A stretch of DNA of 61,470 bases, filler included. It is 7 parts of 7 records of this genome, joined end to end, with 100 filler letters (N's around TTAATTAATTAA, not from the genome) between each part and the next. Parts side by side here need not be neighbours in the genome. Positions count along the whole stretch, not along the records: positions 6,543 to 13,574 come from SRR31156797_41113; positions 13,675 to 23,373 come from SRR31156797_41116; 5 more parts are not named here. One strand, written 5' to 3'. Every line of letters begins with the position of its first letter. Positions within the stretch are counted from its first letter, which is position 1. The translations under genes were made by a program, and so were the position numbers. Of the stretch, positions 9,807 through 20,200 are shown in pieces. The notes beneath the pieces are model-generated. The model did no database searches. It was given only the letters and a program-made list of their open reading frames with translations, and was not told the DNA's origin.

Positions 9807-10079
9807 ATGGCACATACAATCGCTAATAAAGAGAAACTGATTTTAAGAGTAAAGAAAATAAAAGGACAATTAAATAGTATAGAAAAAGCTCTTGAGGATG
9901 AAAAAGATTGTTTTAAAATATTACAGCAAATTAGTGCAAGTCGTGGGGGTATTCAATCGCTTATGAGTGAAGTATTAGATGGACATATAAAAGAACATTT
10001 AGGAAATCATGTGAGTGAAGAGCAAAGAGAGATCGAAATACAAAATCTAGCATCTCTTTTAAAAAGCTACCTTAAATAA
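9807..10079 (+). CDS. dmeR: CsoR/RcnR-family metal-sensing repressor (DmeR-like)
   Basis: MAHT start, RVKKIKGQ, Cys35, LQQISASRG, HIKEH; divergent from dmeF. Confidence 0.85.
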   Translation: MAHTIANKEKLILRVKKIKGQLNSIEKALEDEKDCFKILQQISASRGGIQSLMSEVLDGHIKEHLGNHVSEEQREIEIQNLASLLKSYLK

Positions 10080-10154
10080 TTGTTTACCTTTGTTTGATTT
10101 CATATAGTACACTTTTGCTATAATAATTTAGATGGATATTCTTTTGGAGAAATA

Positions 10155-10814
10155 ATGAAAATACTTTTAGTTGAAGATGATTTAGAATTTGCTGAGCTTA
10201 TAGAGGATTTTTTATCCTCTAGAAGTATTGAGACCCAAGTAGAAGATGATCCATTTAAAGCTTTGGTATTAGACCTTAATAAATTTGATCTAGTACTTTT
10301 AGATTTAGGACTTCCAGGAATTGATGGGATTGAGCTTTGTAAAAAGTTTAGAGAAAAAAGTAAAATACCTATAATCATCTCCAGTGCTAGAAGTAGTGTC
10401 TCGGACAAAGTTATTGGTCTGCAATTAGGAGCAGATGATTATCTTCCAAAACCTTATGATCCAGATGAACTTTATGCAAGGATCGTAAGTCTTATTAGAC
10501 GTACTAAAGATTTTACAGAGCAAAATCAAAAACCTAAAAAAGCCTTTGAAATAGATGAAAATAGTAGAGATGCAACATATCAAGGTACACCTTTATATTT
10601 AACAGAAGCAGAATATGAAGTAATGAGTGAACTTATTAGAAGTTATGGCTCAGTAGTTTCAAAAGATCAACTCATCTATAGCTCCCCTTCCGTTTCAAGT
10701 GATGGTAAAAGTTTAGAAATGATCATAAGTAAAATCAGAAATAAAATCAAACCCTATTCAGACAAAAATCATATAGCAACTCTTAGAGGAAGAGGATATA
10801 GAATTGTTGAATAA
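10155..10814 (+). CDS. OmpR-family response regulator
   Basis: ILLVEDD, LLDLGLPGIDG, GADDYLPKPY, TLRGRGYR. Confidence 0.95.
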   Translation: MKILLVEDDLEFAELIEDFLSSRSIETQVEDDPFKALVLDLNKFDLVLLDLGLPGIDGIELCKKFREKSKIPIIISSARSSVSDKVIGLQLGADDYLPKPYDPDELYARIVSLIRRTKDFTEQNQKPKKAFEIDENSRDATYQGTPLYLTEAEYEVMSELIRSYGSVVSKDQLIYSSPSVSSDGKSLEMIISKIRNKIKPYSDKNHIATLRGRGYRIVE

Positions 10815-12021
10815 AATTAAAAACTCTCTTATTGTTCAAACCTCTTTTTTATTTCTACTTTCAATTACTTTTATAATAGGTCTTTGGACATTTTTTTATT
10901 TAGAACAAAAACATCAAAATGAAGAACATAATATTGCAAGATATTTTAGTGTTGTAAGTTTTCTACAACCTTTATTGATCCAATCACAAAAAATTACAAA
11001 TGATACAGTGCTTTCATTTAATATGAGAGTTTATAATGAAGATATCAAAAATTCTAAAATTATCTTCACAAGAGGAGATGAAAGAAAAGGCTTTAAGCTA
11101 CTTGATGCTTCAGGCAAACGAATACTCTATGCTTACAATCCTGTATCATCTGCTTATCTCTATGATAATCAGCCACAATCAAATCTTTATTTTATCCATT
11201 CTATTTTTTTTATTTTTTTAGTTATCCAGATTTTATTATATATTAGAATCAAAAAAACTCTTAATCCTCTTTCAAAGATTCAAAATAAACTTCAAAATTT
11301 AGAGCATGGTGATCTCTCACATATAGAAGTTGATTCCCACTATGAAGAGATAACTCAAATAGTCTCCTCTTATAATAGCTCTATTTCTAAAATTGATTAT
11401 ATCTTAGAAATGAGAGAGATGTTTAATAAAATCTTTATGCATGAGATGAAAATGCCAATTGCAAAAGGGATGTTTTATTTAAAACAAGAACCCTCAGCTA
11501 AAACACATGAGCAGATACATAAACTTCTAACGAGATTAACCAATGAACTTGATGAGTTTGCTATCTTAGAATCTTTGATTGTCTATAAAAATGAGATACA
11601 ACCTATACCACATAAACTCAAAGAGTTACTAGATATTACAATTGAAAAAGTTGTAATAAACAATAAAGATACTATCTCTATCGATCTATGTGATGATATA
11701 ATTATCTATGGGGATAAAGAACTATGGATATTATGCTTTAAAAATCTTATAGATAATGCTTTAAAATATTCAAGCGATGGGAATATAAATATAAGTTGTA
11801 AACAAGATACTATTATCTTTGAGAATAAAGGAGATGATCTACCTCTTGATATTTCAACAGAAAATAAAAAATGGAAACTAGAAAAAGATAAAAGACATAA
11901 AAGCTCTACGGGATATGGATTTGGTCTTTTTATTATTAAAAATACGATTCTTCTTAATGGATACAATTTAGAGTATCAATACAATAATGAACTGCTTCAA
12001 TTCAAAATAAAAAAGGTCTAA
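10804..12021 (+). CDS. Sensor histidine kinase (ArsS-like)
   Basis: Two TM helices, HAMP, MHEMKMP H-box, NLIDNALKY, GYGFGLFI. Confidence 0.92.
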   Translation: MLNKIKNSLIVQTSFLFLLSITFIIGLWTFFYLEQKHQNEEHNIARYFSVVSFLQPLLIQSQKITNDTVLSFNMRVYNEDIKNSKIIFTRGDERKGFKLLDASGKRILYAYNPVSSAYLYDNQPQSNLYFIHSIFFIFLVIQILLYIRIKKTLNPLSKIQNKLQNLEHGDLSHIEVDSHYEEITQIVSSYNSSISKIDYILEMREMFNKIFMHEMKMPIAKGMFYLKQEPSAKTHEQIHKLLTRLTNELDEFAILESLIVYKNEIQPIPHKLKELLDITIEKVVINNKDTISIDLCDDIIIYGDKELWILCFKNLIDNALKYSSDGNINISCKQDTIIFENKGDDLPLDISTENKKWKLEKDKRHKSSTGYGFGLFIIKNTILLNGYNLEYQYNNELLQFKIKKV

Positions 12022-12041
12022 GGGGATCAACCTTAGACCTT
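12004..12041 (-). terminator. Intrinsic terminator between convergent genes
   Basis: AAGGTCTAAGG (12013-12023) / CCTTAGACCTT (12031-12041) with an A-run on its left (U-tract on the minus strand). Confidence 0.75.
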
Positions 12042-12071
12042 GAAAACAACAGTAACTTACAAATATATTTA

Positions 12072-12782
12072 TTAAGACATAATCTCTTCAACAGTGATAT
12101 AATCACCTACTCTACCAGTCATCTGCTCAACGTCAGTATTTACTGGAAGTGTTTTTTTACCAGGAGTCCATCCTGCTGGGCATACTTCACCAGTTTTTTC
12201 TGCATGTTGCCACGCTCTTACTTGTCTTAAGAACTCATGTACATTTCTTCCTACCATTGGTGCTTGTACCTCTTGAGCTACTACTGTACCTTCTGGGTTG
12301 ATTAAGAATCTTCCTCGTAGAGCAATCCCCTCTTCTTCGATCATTACACCAAAAGCTCTTGAAACTGTTCCAGTTGGATCAGCTCCAATTGTAAGTTTTA
12401 ATCCTTCTAATAAAGGTTCAGTCTCAACAAATCTTTTGTGAGAGAATTTTGTATCGGTAGATACAGCTAAGATCTCAACACCAAGCTCTTGAAATTCATC
12501 ATATTTTGCATTCATTGCCGCGATCTCTGTTGGGCAAACAAAAGTAAAATCTGCTGGATAAAAACAAACTACAGACCATTTCCCTTTATAGTCATCACTT
12601 GATACGCTCTCATAGTGACCTGTTTTTGCGTTATACGCATCCATTTTAAACTCTGGCGCTTTTCTTAAAACTAAACTTGAACTCATATTATTTTCTTCCT
12701 TTTTTATTGTATTTGTATTTTCTTCATTGGAAACCGCAGTTTCAACTTCTTCGATCGGTTTTGAACCTGTATCGCAAGCCAT
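12072..12782 (-). CDS. 2-Cys peroxiredoxin (AhpC/PrxU-like) with N-terminal extension
   Basis: FYPADFTFVCPTE, GEVCPAGW; MACDTG leader; alternative start at MSSS. Confidence 0.9.
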   Translation of the reverse strand: MACDTGSKPIEEVETAVSNEENTNTIKKEENNMSSSLVLRKAPEFKMDAYNAKTGHYESVSSDDYKGKWSVVCFYPADFTFVCPTEIAAMNAKYDEFQELGVEILAVSTDTKFSHKRFVETEPLLEGLKLTIGADPTGTVSRAFGVMIEEEGIALRGRFLINPEGTVVAQEVQAPMVGRNVHEFLRQVRAWQHAEKTGEVCPAGWTPGKKTLPVNTDVEQMTGRVGDYITVEEIMS

Positions 12783-12916
12783 ATTAAACTCCTTGTTGTT
12801 TTGTAAACAGTGAAATCATATCTAAAGGATAACAATTATCCTTTGAAATTTATTATCTATTGTTTAAATTTAAGATTATAATAAGTATTAGTAAAAGTTA
12901 TTTTAAGCTTTATATT

Positions 12917-12994
12917 ATAATTGATACTCATTATTACTATTAAACATAAATTAAGTTCTGTTTATGTATATTTTCAATAATGATTCTCATAATA
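12917..12994. promoter_or_regulatory. Fur-box-like sites
   Basis: AATAATGATTCTCATAATA (12976-12994, 14/19 to GATAATGATAATCATTATC) and ATAATTGATACTCATTATT (12917-12935, 13/19), upstream of an imelysin gene. The AT-rich background lowers specificity. Confidence 0.6.
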
Positions 12995-13005
12995 AGGAAC
13001 AAAAT

Positions 13006-13104
13006 ATGAATAAGTCAATAATAAGCTTTATTGTAAGGGTTTTAAAAAAGTATTCCAAAACAAATGGAATTTACCATTTTCATAAAGTAAAAGGGGTGAA
13101 ATGA
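13006..13104 (+). CDS. Putative 32-aa basic small protein
   Basis: SD AAGGA right after the Fur box; MNKSIISFIVRVLKKYSKTNGIYHFHKVKGVK*. Confidence 0.4.
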   Translation: MNKSIISFIVRVLKKYSKTNGIYHFHKVKGVK

Positions 13105-13139
13105 GTGAATGTGCATAAATAAGTATGTAAACGGTGTAA

Positions 13140-13182
13140 GAAAAAGCTAAAGATGAACTTTTCGACCGACTCATCTTTAGCT
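13140..13182 (-). terminator. Hairpin with U-tract on the minus strand
   Basis: Perfect 12-bp inverted repeat AGCTAAAGATGA (13145-13156) / TCATCTTTAGCT (13171-13182), preceded by an A-run. Confidence 0.6.
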
Positions 13183-13238
13183 CGTGTGTCAATATAAATA
13201 TATTGAAATGAATTATAACATATCAAAGGAAAAATAGA

Positions 13239-13574
13239 ATGAAATTATCGAAAACAAAACTATTATTATCAAGTTTAGGATTAGCAACGGTACTATTAAG
13301 TGGTTGTGCCCATAACAATGCAAATGCAGGAGTAAAATCTCAAAAAGAGTGCACTAAAGCGAAGACAGTACTACAAACATATGCTGATATTGCACTTGAT
13401 AATTATAGTGATGCCCTTGCTAATGCAAAAGAGTTACAAAGTGCAATTGATACATTTACTGCAAATCCAACAGAACTTACATTAGAAAATGCAAAAGCTG
13501 CTTGGCTAAAATCTCGTGAAACTTATGGTGAAACTGAAATTTTTAGACTTTCAAATGGTCCAATTGATGCAGAA
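13239..13574 (+). CDS. Imelysin family iron-regulated lipoprotein (3' truncated)
   Basis: Lipobox LSGC; YADIA..Y, AKAAWLKSRETYGETEIFRLSNGPID. Confidence 0.85.
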
Positions 13575-13674
13575 NNNNNNNNNNNNNNNNNNNNNNNNNN
13601 NNNNNNNNNNNNNNNNNNTTAATTAATTAANNNNNNNNNNNNNNNNNNNNNNNNNNNNNNNNNNNNNNNNNNNN
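13575..13674. other. Artificial contig spacer
   Basis: N run with TTAATTAATTAA. Confidence 0.99.
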
Positions 13675-13930
13675 ATATTTTTTTATCGTTTAGGACAGAT
13701 GTGATACCCACTACGAAAATTCAACAGGTAAAAACAACCGAATATACCCGTGTATTAAATAAGTTTTCATACAAATAAATTTAATCCCTATCGGTTTTTA
13801 TGCCTTATAAAGATATTAATATTTGATGTAGATTGAATTAAACAAAACCATAATTACAAGGAAAATAAATCAAATTGTCATTCCAGCCTTGTTAATATTA
13901 TTGATATTCTGTATAAATGAATGGGGCTTT

Positions 13931-13946
13931 TTGGCATGCTTATTGG
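13931..13946 (+). promoter_or_regulatory. Possible sigma-54 promoter
   Basis: TTGGCATGCTTATTGG: -24 TGGCA with correctly spaced TTG, but TTGG instead of TTGC at -12. Confidence 0.35.
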
Positions 13947-14258
13947 TATAACCAAAATCACACTTACAATCCGTTAAAAATACACATTTTTTATTTATAA
14001 GAACTTTAAATAATATTTGTATTTTCTTAATTTTTAATAAATTAGAGTTTTTGTGGTGTTCAGAATTGGGCTTTTCACATTATCCAATTTTGGTAATATG
14101 CACAGAACATATATTTTAGCACCCAGAAAATTATTAACACTCCCCGGGGGAACCAAAAACAAAAGAACTTATTATTGATTTAGTCCGAGACAATTTGGAT
14201 TGGGGAATCTATTTGTCTTTGCGGAAATACATAATATAAAAGAAAGAAAGGGGAATTT

Positions 14259-17200
14259 ATGAAATCTTTTTACTGTGGTCTTCACAGGTTACTGGCCACC
14301 ATCCTGATATCAGGACTCACCGTCTTGAATTTTAATGCCGCCGCACAATCATTTAAACTTCCGAAAGAATTTGGTGTTGCACAGGCGGATAGCGCAATGC
14401 TGGATTCACTTTTAATCAACAACACAAAAAACTACGGAAGCATACCACCTGGCTGGACGGAACCTTTAAACACAGCAAAGGTTTGCGGCGTAATTATAGC
14501 CCATGAAGCAGACCCCAATATTAATGGCATTCCAATAAACCAAAACGATGTTATCGGCGCTTTTTTTGAGAATGATTTTGGTGAGCTGCAATGTGGAGGA
14601 TTGGCCTACTGGCCTGATACAGCCGGTATTGTAATGAGCGTATTTGGCAACGATCCTGACACTCCGGAAAAAGATGGGTTTGGCCATGGAGAAGCCATCA
14701 CCTACAAATTATTCTCCTGGGAATACATGGGAGAATATGATGTTGATGAAATCGATCTTGAAACCGGTTCCGGCCTTATGAGCGTCAATAAATGGTATCA
14801 GTTGGGATTAATAAGGCTAATTGAAATTTCCTGCTTTGAAGACCTTTGGATTTCAGCATCCGTCAACCAGGACTCACTATGTAACGAAGGTACGGTAGCT
14901 TTTACTGTTGAGATTATCGAAGGTACGGGAAACATTACTTATAACTGGACATCCGATCCCCCGGGGTTTACTTCAACCCTTCAGAATCCTGAATTTTTTG
15001 TTTCAGGGCCCACTACATTTTTTGTTGAAGCTTTTGATGGTGTAAACCAGGCCTTAAGTGCCGGACATGTAAACGTATCGTACGATGCTACTATTGATGC
15101 TGGTGAAGGCATTTCCACCTGTGGTGTAGAAATGCTGGAGTTGAATGGTACAACTGAACATACCTCATCATCGATTTGGGCAACCTCAGGAGATGGAACT
15201 TTTGCAGACCCCAATGCTGCAACCACTACCTATTTCCTGGGCACCAACGATCTGATCAGTGATTCGTTTATACTTACCCTGACCGGCTTCCCAATAGCCC
15301 CTTGTGATCAACCGGTATCAGATAACCTGGTTGTGGAACTTTTCCCCTCTCCAATCATTATTTTCCCAGAAAGTTTTAGTACCTGCCAGACGTCTCCTGT
15401 TCCAATTGATGCAGATTGTTATAATTTATCCGCTGTTGAATGGAGCACCGAAGGAAATGGATTTTTTGTTTATGGAAACACATGTTCACCCATCTATATT
15501 CCCGGATCCTATGCCAATTCGCATTCCAGCGTAACGCTTACCTGCACAGGTCAGGGAATTGATCCATGTAATTATTCGATTGAAGAATCCACTGAACTTA
15601 TCATCAATAAAAATGCTTTTTGCTCCGCCGGAGCTGATGTAACCATATGTGGCGATGAATCCTATGAATTATGCGGAGCTGCAGCTTTTGAGTACACTTC
15701 AACATGGAGCACTGCTGGTGATGGCACTTTTACAAATTTAAATGAGCTAAAACCTCTTTACACTCCTGGTCCGGAAGATATTGCCAACGGCGGAGTTGAA
15801 CTTACACTTACTGTTACCTCCACACCTCCATGCACCGGTAGCCAATCAGATAAAGTGGAACTCTTTATTACACCCCCTCCTACAATTGATGCAGGAAATG
15901 ACATCCCCGCATTCGGAAATCCCGAGGTGGATATAACAGCATCCGGAAGCGACTTTTCATCCGTGTTATGGACAACCACAGGAGATGGATATTTTGAAGA
16001 TAGTAATGCACTGTCAACCACCTATTTTGCAGGAGCCGGTGATCTCCAGTCGGGTGTTGTGGAATTAATTATTCAGGCTGAACCAATAGCACCGTGCACC
16101 CAGCCAACTACTGACAATGTAATGATCATTTTTGAAGGTGGTGCCACTGCTGACGCCGGACCTGACCAGACAATCTGTTCAGATCAGCATGTTTCATTAC
16201 AGGGCAGTGCTACCGATTATGTAAGCGTTTCGTGGTCAACAACAGGAGATGGTACTTTTAACAACCCCAATGAACTTATTACGCAATATTTTCCGGGTAC
16301 AAATGATATTACAGCCGGTGAACTTGTATTAACATTAACGCCATACGGTGAGCCTCCCAATGGCGCAGGCCTCAGCGATGATATGCTCTTAACAATTATA
16401 TCACCCGCCTCCGTTACAACACCCGTAAACAATATGGATATCTGTTCCGGTGATGATGTTCTACTTTCAAGCAATGCTGAAAATTACGGATCACTAATCT
16501 GGACGACTTCTGGCGATGGCTATTTCAGTAATCCAGGTGCACAAAACACACAGTATTTCCCGGGCAATGATGACATTGCCACAGGTGAAGTTTCCTTAAC
16601 TGTAACAGTAACTTCCTCTTTCCCCTGCGCGGGAAATGACAGTGAAATAATAGAGATTGGATTTTTTACTACTCCCGTTGCCAATGCCGGTAACAATGGA
16701 GAAGTTTGCGAAGGGGCTGACTTTGAAGTTAACGGTACAGCCAGTAATTACAGCAATATATCCTGGTCGACATCAGGAGATGGTGCTTTTGACAATCCAG
16801 CACTTTTTCAAACAAATTATACACCCGGCACCCAGGATATCCAACAGGGAAGCGTTTTCCTGACACTCACAGCACAACCTATTTCACCCTGCCAGGTAGC
16901 TGACACCGATCAGTTATATCTGAGCATTGCAACCAATCCAATATGTAATGCAGGTAACAATCTGGTTATTTGTGAAGGTGACCAGGCAGGCCTGGTTGGA
17001 ACAGCCCAAAATTTTGACTATTGCCAATGGACCACTGCAGGTGATGGAACTTTCGGGAACCCTTCCTCTCTCACAACAGATTATTTTCCCGGAAACTCGG
17101 ATATTCAAAACCAATCTGTTGTGCTTACCCTTATGGCTCATCCTGATGAACCTTGCCAGGTAGTTGCCACAGACGATAGAACAATAAATATACAAAACGC

Positions 17201-20200
17201 ACCTGAGGTTAATGCAGGCCCGGATATAACCATTTGCGAAACAAACCTTGTGGAATTAAGTGGATTTGGTCAGAACTTCCAATCCATCCAATGGAATTCC
17301 AGTGGAGATGGTGTTTTTGAGAATCCTACACAGCTAAATACCACATATACACCGGGCACGCTTGATATAACCGGACAGGAAGTAAATATATGCCTGAATG
17401 CGACTGGCACTGCTTTGTGCGGAAATACTTCCAGTTGTGTAAATATAACCATTATAAATACACCTTCAGTTTTTGCAGGCAATGATGGTACAGCACCTGT
17501 AGATATACCGTATGTCACCCAGGGTGCTATGGTTGAAGATTATGAAAGCATTATGTGGACAACGAGTGGCAATGGCACATTTAACGACCCGGAACTTATG
17601 GTTACAACCTACACCCCCAACCTTGATGATCTGGCCCTGGGTGTAGTTACACTAACCCTGACTGCCGAATCCGAAACACCATGCCAGGTTTACAATACCG
17701 ATGGACTTGACCTGAATATCAACTCAGGCTGCAGCAATGCAACGGCCTATGCAGGTTCAGATGTTATGATGTGCATTGATGGCAATCCCGTTTTACTTGA
17801 CGAAGCTACTGTACAGAACGAAGAATCATTAACCTGGACCACCACAGGAGATGGATATTTTAGTGATGAATCAAACTTAAATCCGTTATACTATCCTGGT
17901 CCGGACGACCTTGAAAATGGTTCTGTTGAACTTTGCCTCACTGCTTTTGCACATGGCATTTGTGAGGAAGATAGCGATTGTTTGACCATAGAATTATTGC
18001 CTCCGCCAACTGTTAATATCCTCGAAAATGAAATAACAATTTGCGACAGCGAAACCATCGGGCTGTCAGCAAACATTGATAATGCAGATAGTTACTCCTG
18101 GACTTCAAACGGCGATGGTACTTTTAACGATCATCTTTTACAAAACCCGGTATATTATCCTGGTACTGCAGATATCCAAAATGGCCAGGTGCAACTCTGC
18201 ATATCCGTTACAGGCTATGCAGATTGCGAATCTGTTTCAGATTGTATTGATGTAACCATCTTTGAGTCACCGGTGGCAAATGCAGGTGATGACCAAACCA
18301 TTTGCGAAAGCATAGGTGCAGCAATGAGCGGAGTTGCCCAAAACCATACTTCATTCTATTGGGAAACTTCAGGTGACGGGACTTTCTTAAACGAAGGAAC
18401 GCTTTTCGCTGTTTACAATCCGGGGCCTGGTGATGTTGCATCCGGTAATGTAGAGGTATGTTTGATGGTAAACGGATATAACCCTTGTGAAGCAGTATCA
18501 GACTGCATGATTATCACAGTGGTGGAAGACCCTTATGCTTATGCAGGCAACGACAAAACGGTTTGCAGTGGATCAAACATTCAACTCAACGGTATCGGTG
18601 AAAATAACAGCCAACTTATCTGGTCGTCAGGAGGAGACGGAACTTTTAATGATTATAATGCCACATCTACGGTTTATATGCCCGGCCCTAACGACGAACA
18701 ATATGGCCAGGTTGAGATTTGCCTGACTGCTACAGGGCTATATAATTGCGATGATTATTCTGACTGTCTTGTGCTTTCCATAAATCCCATGCCTGAAATT
18801 AATGTTAGCAATACCCAATTGGTTTGCGAAGGCGAACAGGCACAACTGAATGCAACTGCTACTAACTATGAAACGGTAATCTGGAGTACATCAGGGGATG
18901 GGACTTTCGATGATCAAAATATTTTGAATCCAGCATACACACCGGGCCCAGGCGATATTGCTGCAGGTGGTACAGAACTTTGTCTCAATGCTAACGGCCT
19001 CGATGGTTGTGAAGATGCCACAGAATGCATCGATGTTTCAATTGTACAAAATCCCGTTGTTTCTGTAGGAAATGATTTAAGTGTATGTGAGGGAGAGGTT
19101 GCACAGCTTTCAGGTACAGCCTCAAATTTCACAGCATTGCAGTGGCATACAGAAGGCACTGGAACCTTCAGCCACCCCAATCAACTCAATACTACATACC
19201 AGCCATGTGCAACCGAAATTATAGATGGGTATGCGCACATCTGCCTGACAGCTACTGGTGCTGAAGGCTGCGGCATGGATGAAGAATGTCTTACTGTGAC
19301 CATTCAAAAAGTTCCACGCATTACTCTTGCAGAGGATTTTACCATTTGTGAAGATGAAAATGTTAACCTCCAGGCCAGTGTAATTTTTGCTGAAGGCCAG
19401 TTATGGTCAAGCAGTGGCAACGGTTCTTTTACCAATCCAAACCAATTAAACACAACCTATATTCCTTCAGCCAATGATAAACAAAACGGCAGTATCGATT
19501 TTTGTCTGACCGGTTTTGGCCTGAACGGATGCGTCAATACGGAAGAATGCATTACGGTAACCATTGACCAAATGCCCGTTGCAGAAGCAGGTGCCAACGC
19601 CACCATCTGCGAAAACCAGGCAGCTGTTCTTGCCGGAATTGCAGAAAACCACAACAGCACCCAGTGGCAAACTTCCGGAGACGGTAATTTTGATAACAGC
19701 AATTTGCTGAACACCTCTTATATACCGGGAACAAACGATATTGAAACCGGTGAAGTTAAACTCACCCTTGAAGCAGCAGGCCAAAGTTCTTGCCCGGCAG
19801 CCATCGATTCATTGTTTATATCCATAAATAAATTAGCATTAGCCTTTGCAGGAAATGATTTCACAATGGTTGAACAGGGCACTTTCCAAACCAGTGCTGA
19901 AGCTTTTAATTATGATGCAGTAACCTGGCAAACCTCCGGCACAGGTACATTTGAATACCCGGACTCAGTGAACACGACTTATTATCCAAGTGATTCGGAT
20001 TTCCAGATTGGATCTGTTATTCTGGAAATTCATTCCTCTCCGTTGCAGCCCTGCCTCAACGAAGCGGCAGATGCAATGACTTTGTACTTCGAATTCGATT
20101 GCCTAGATGCCATTGCAGATGCAGGTGATGATGATGCAATATGCGTTGGGTCCAGTTTCCAATTGAACGGATCGGCAATAAATGCCACATCAATACTTTG

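Noticed and set aside
12072-12782. Selenocysteine in the peroxiredoxin
   Set aside because: The peroxidatic codon is TGC (Cys) and the frame is uninterrupted.
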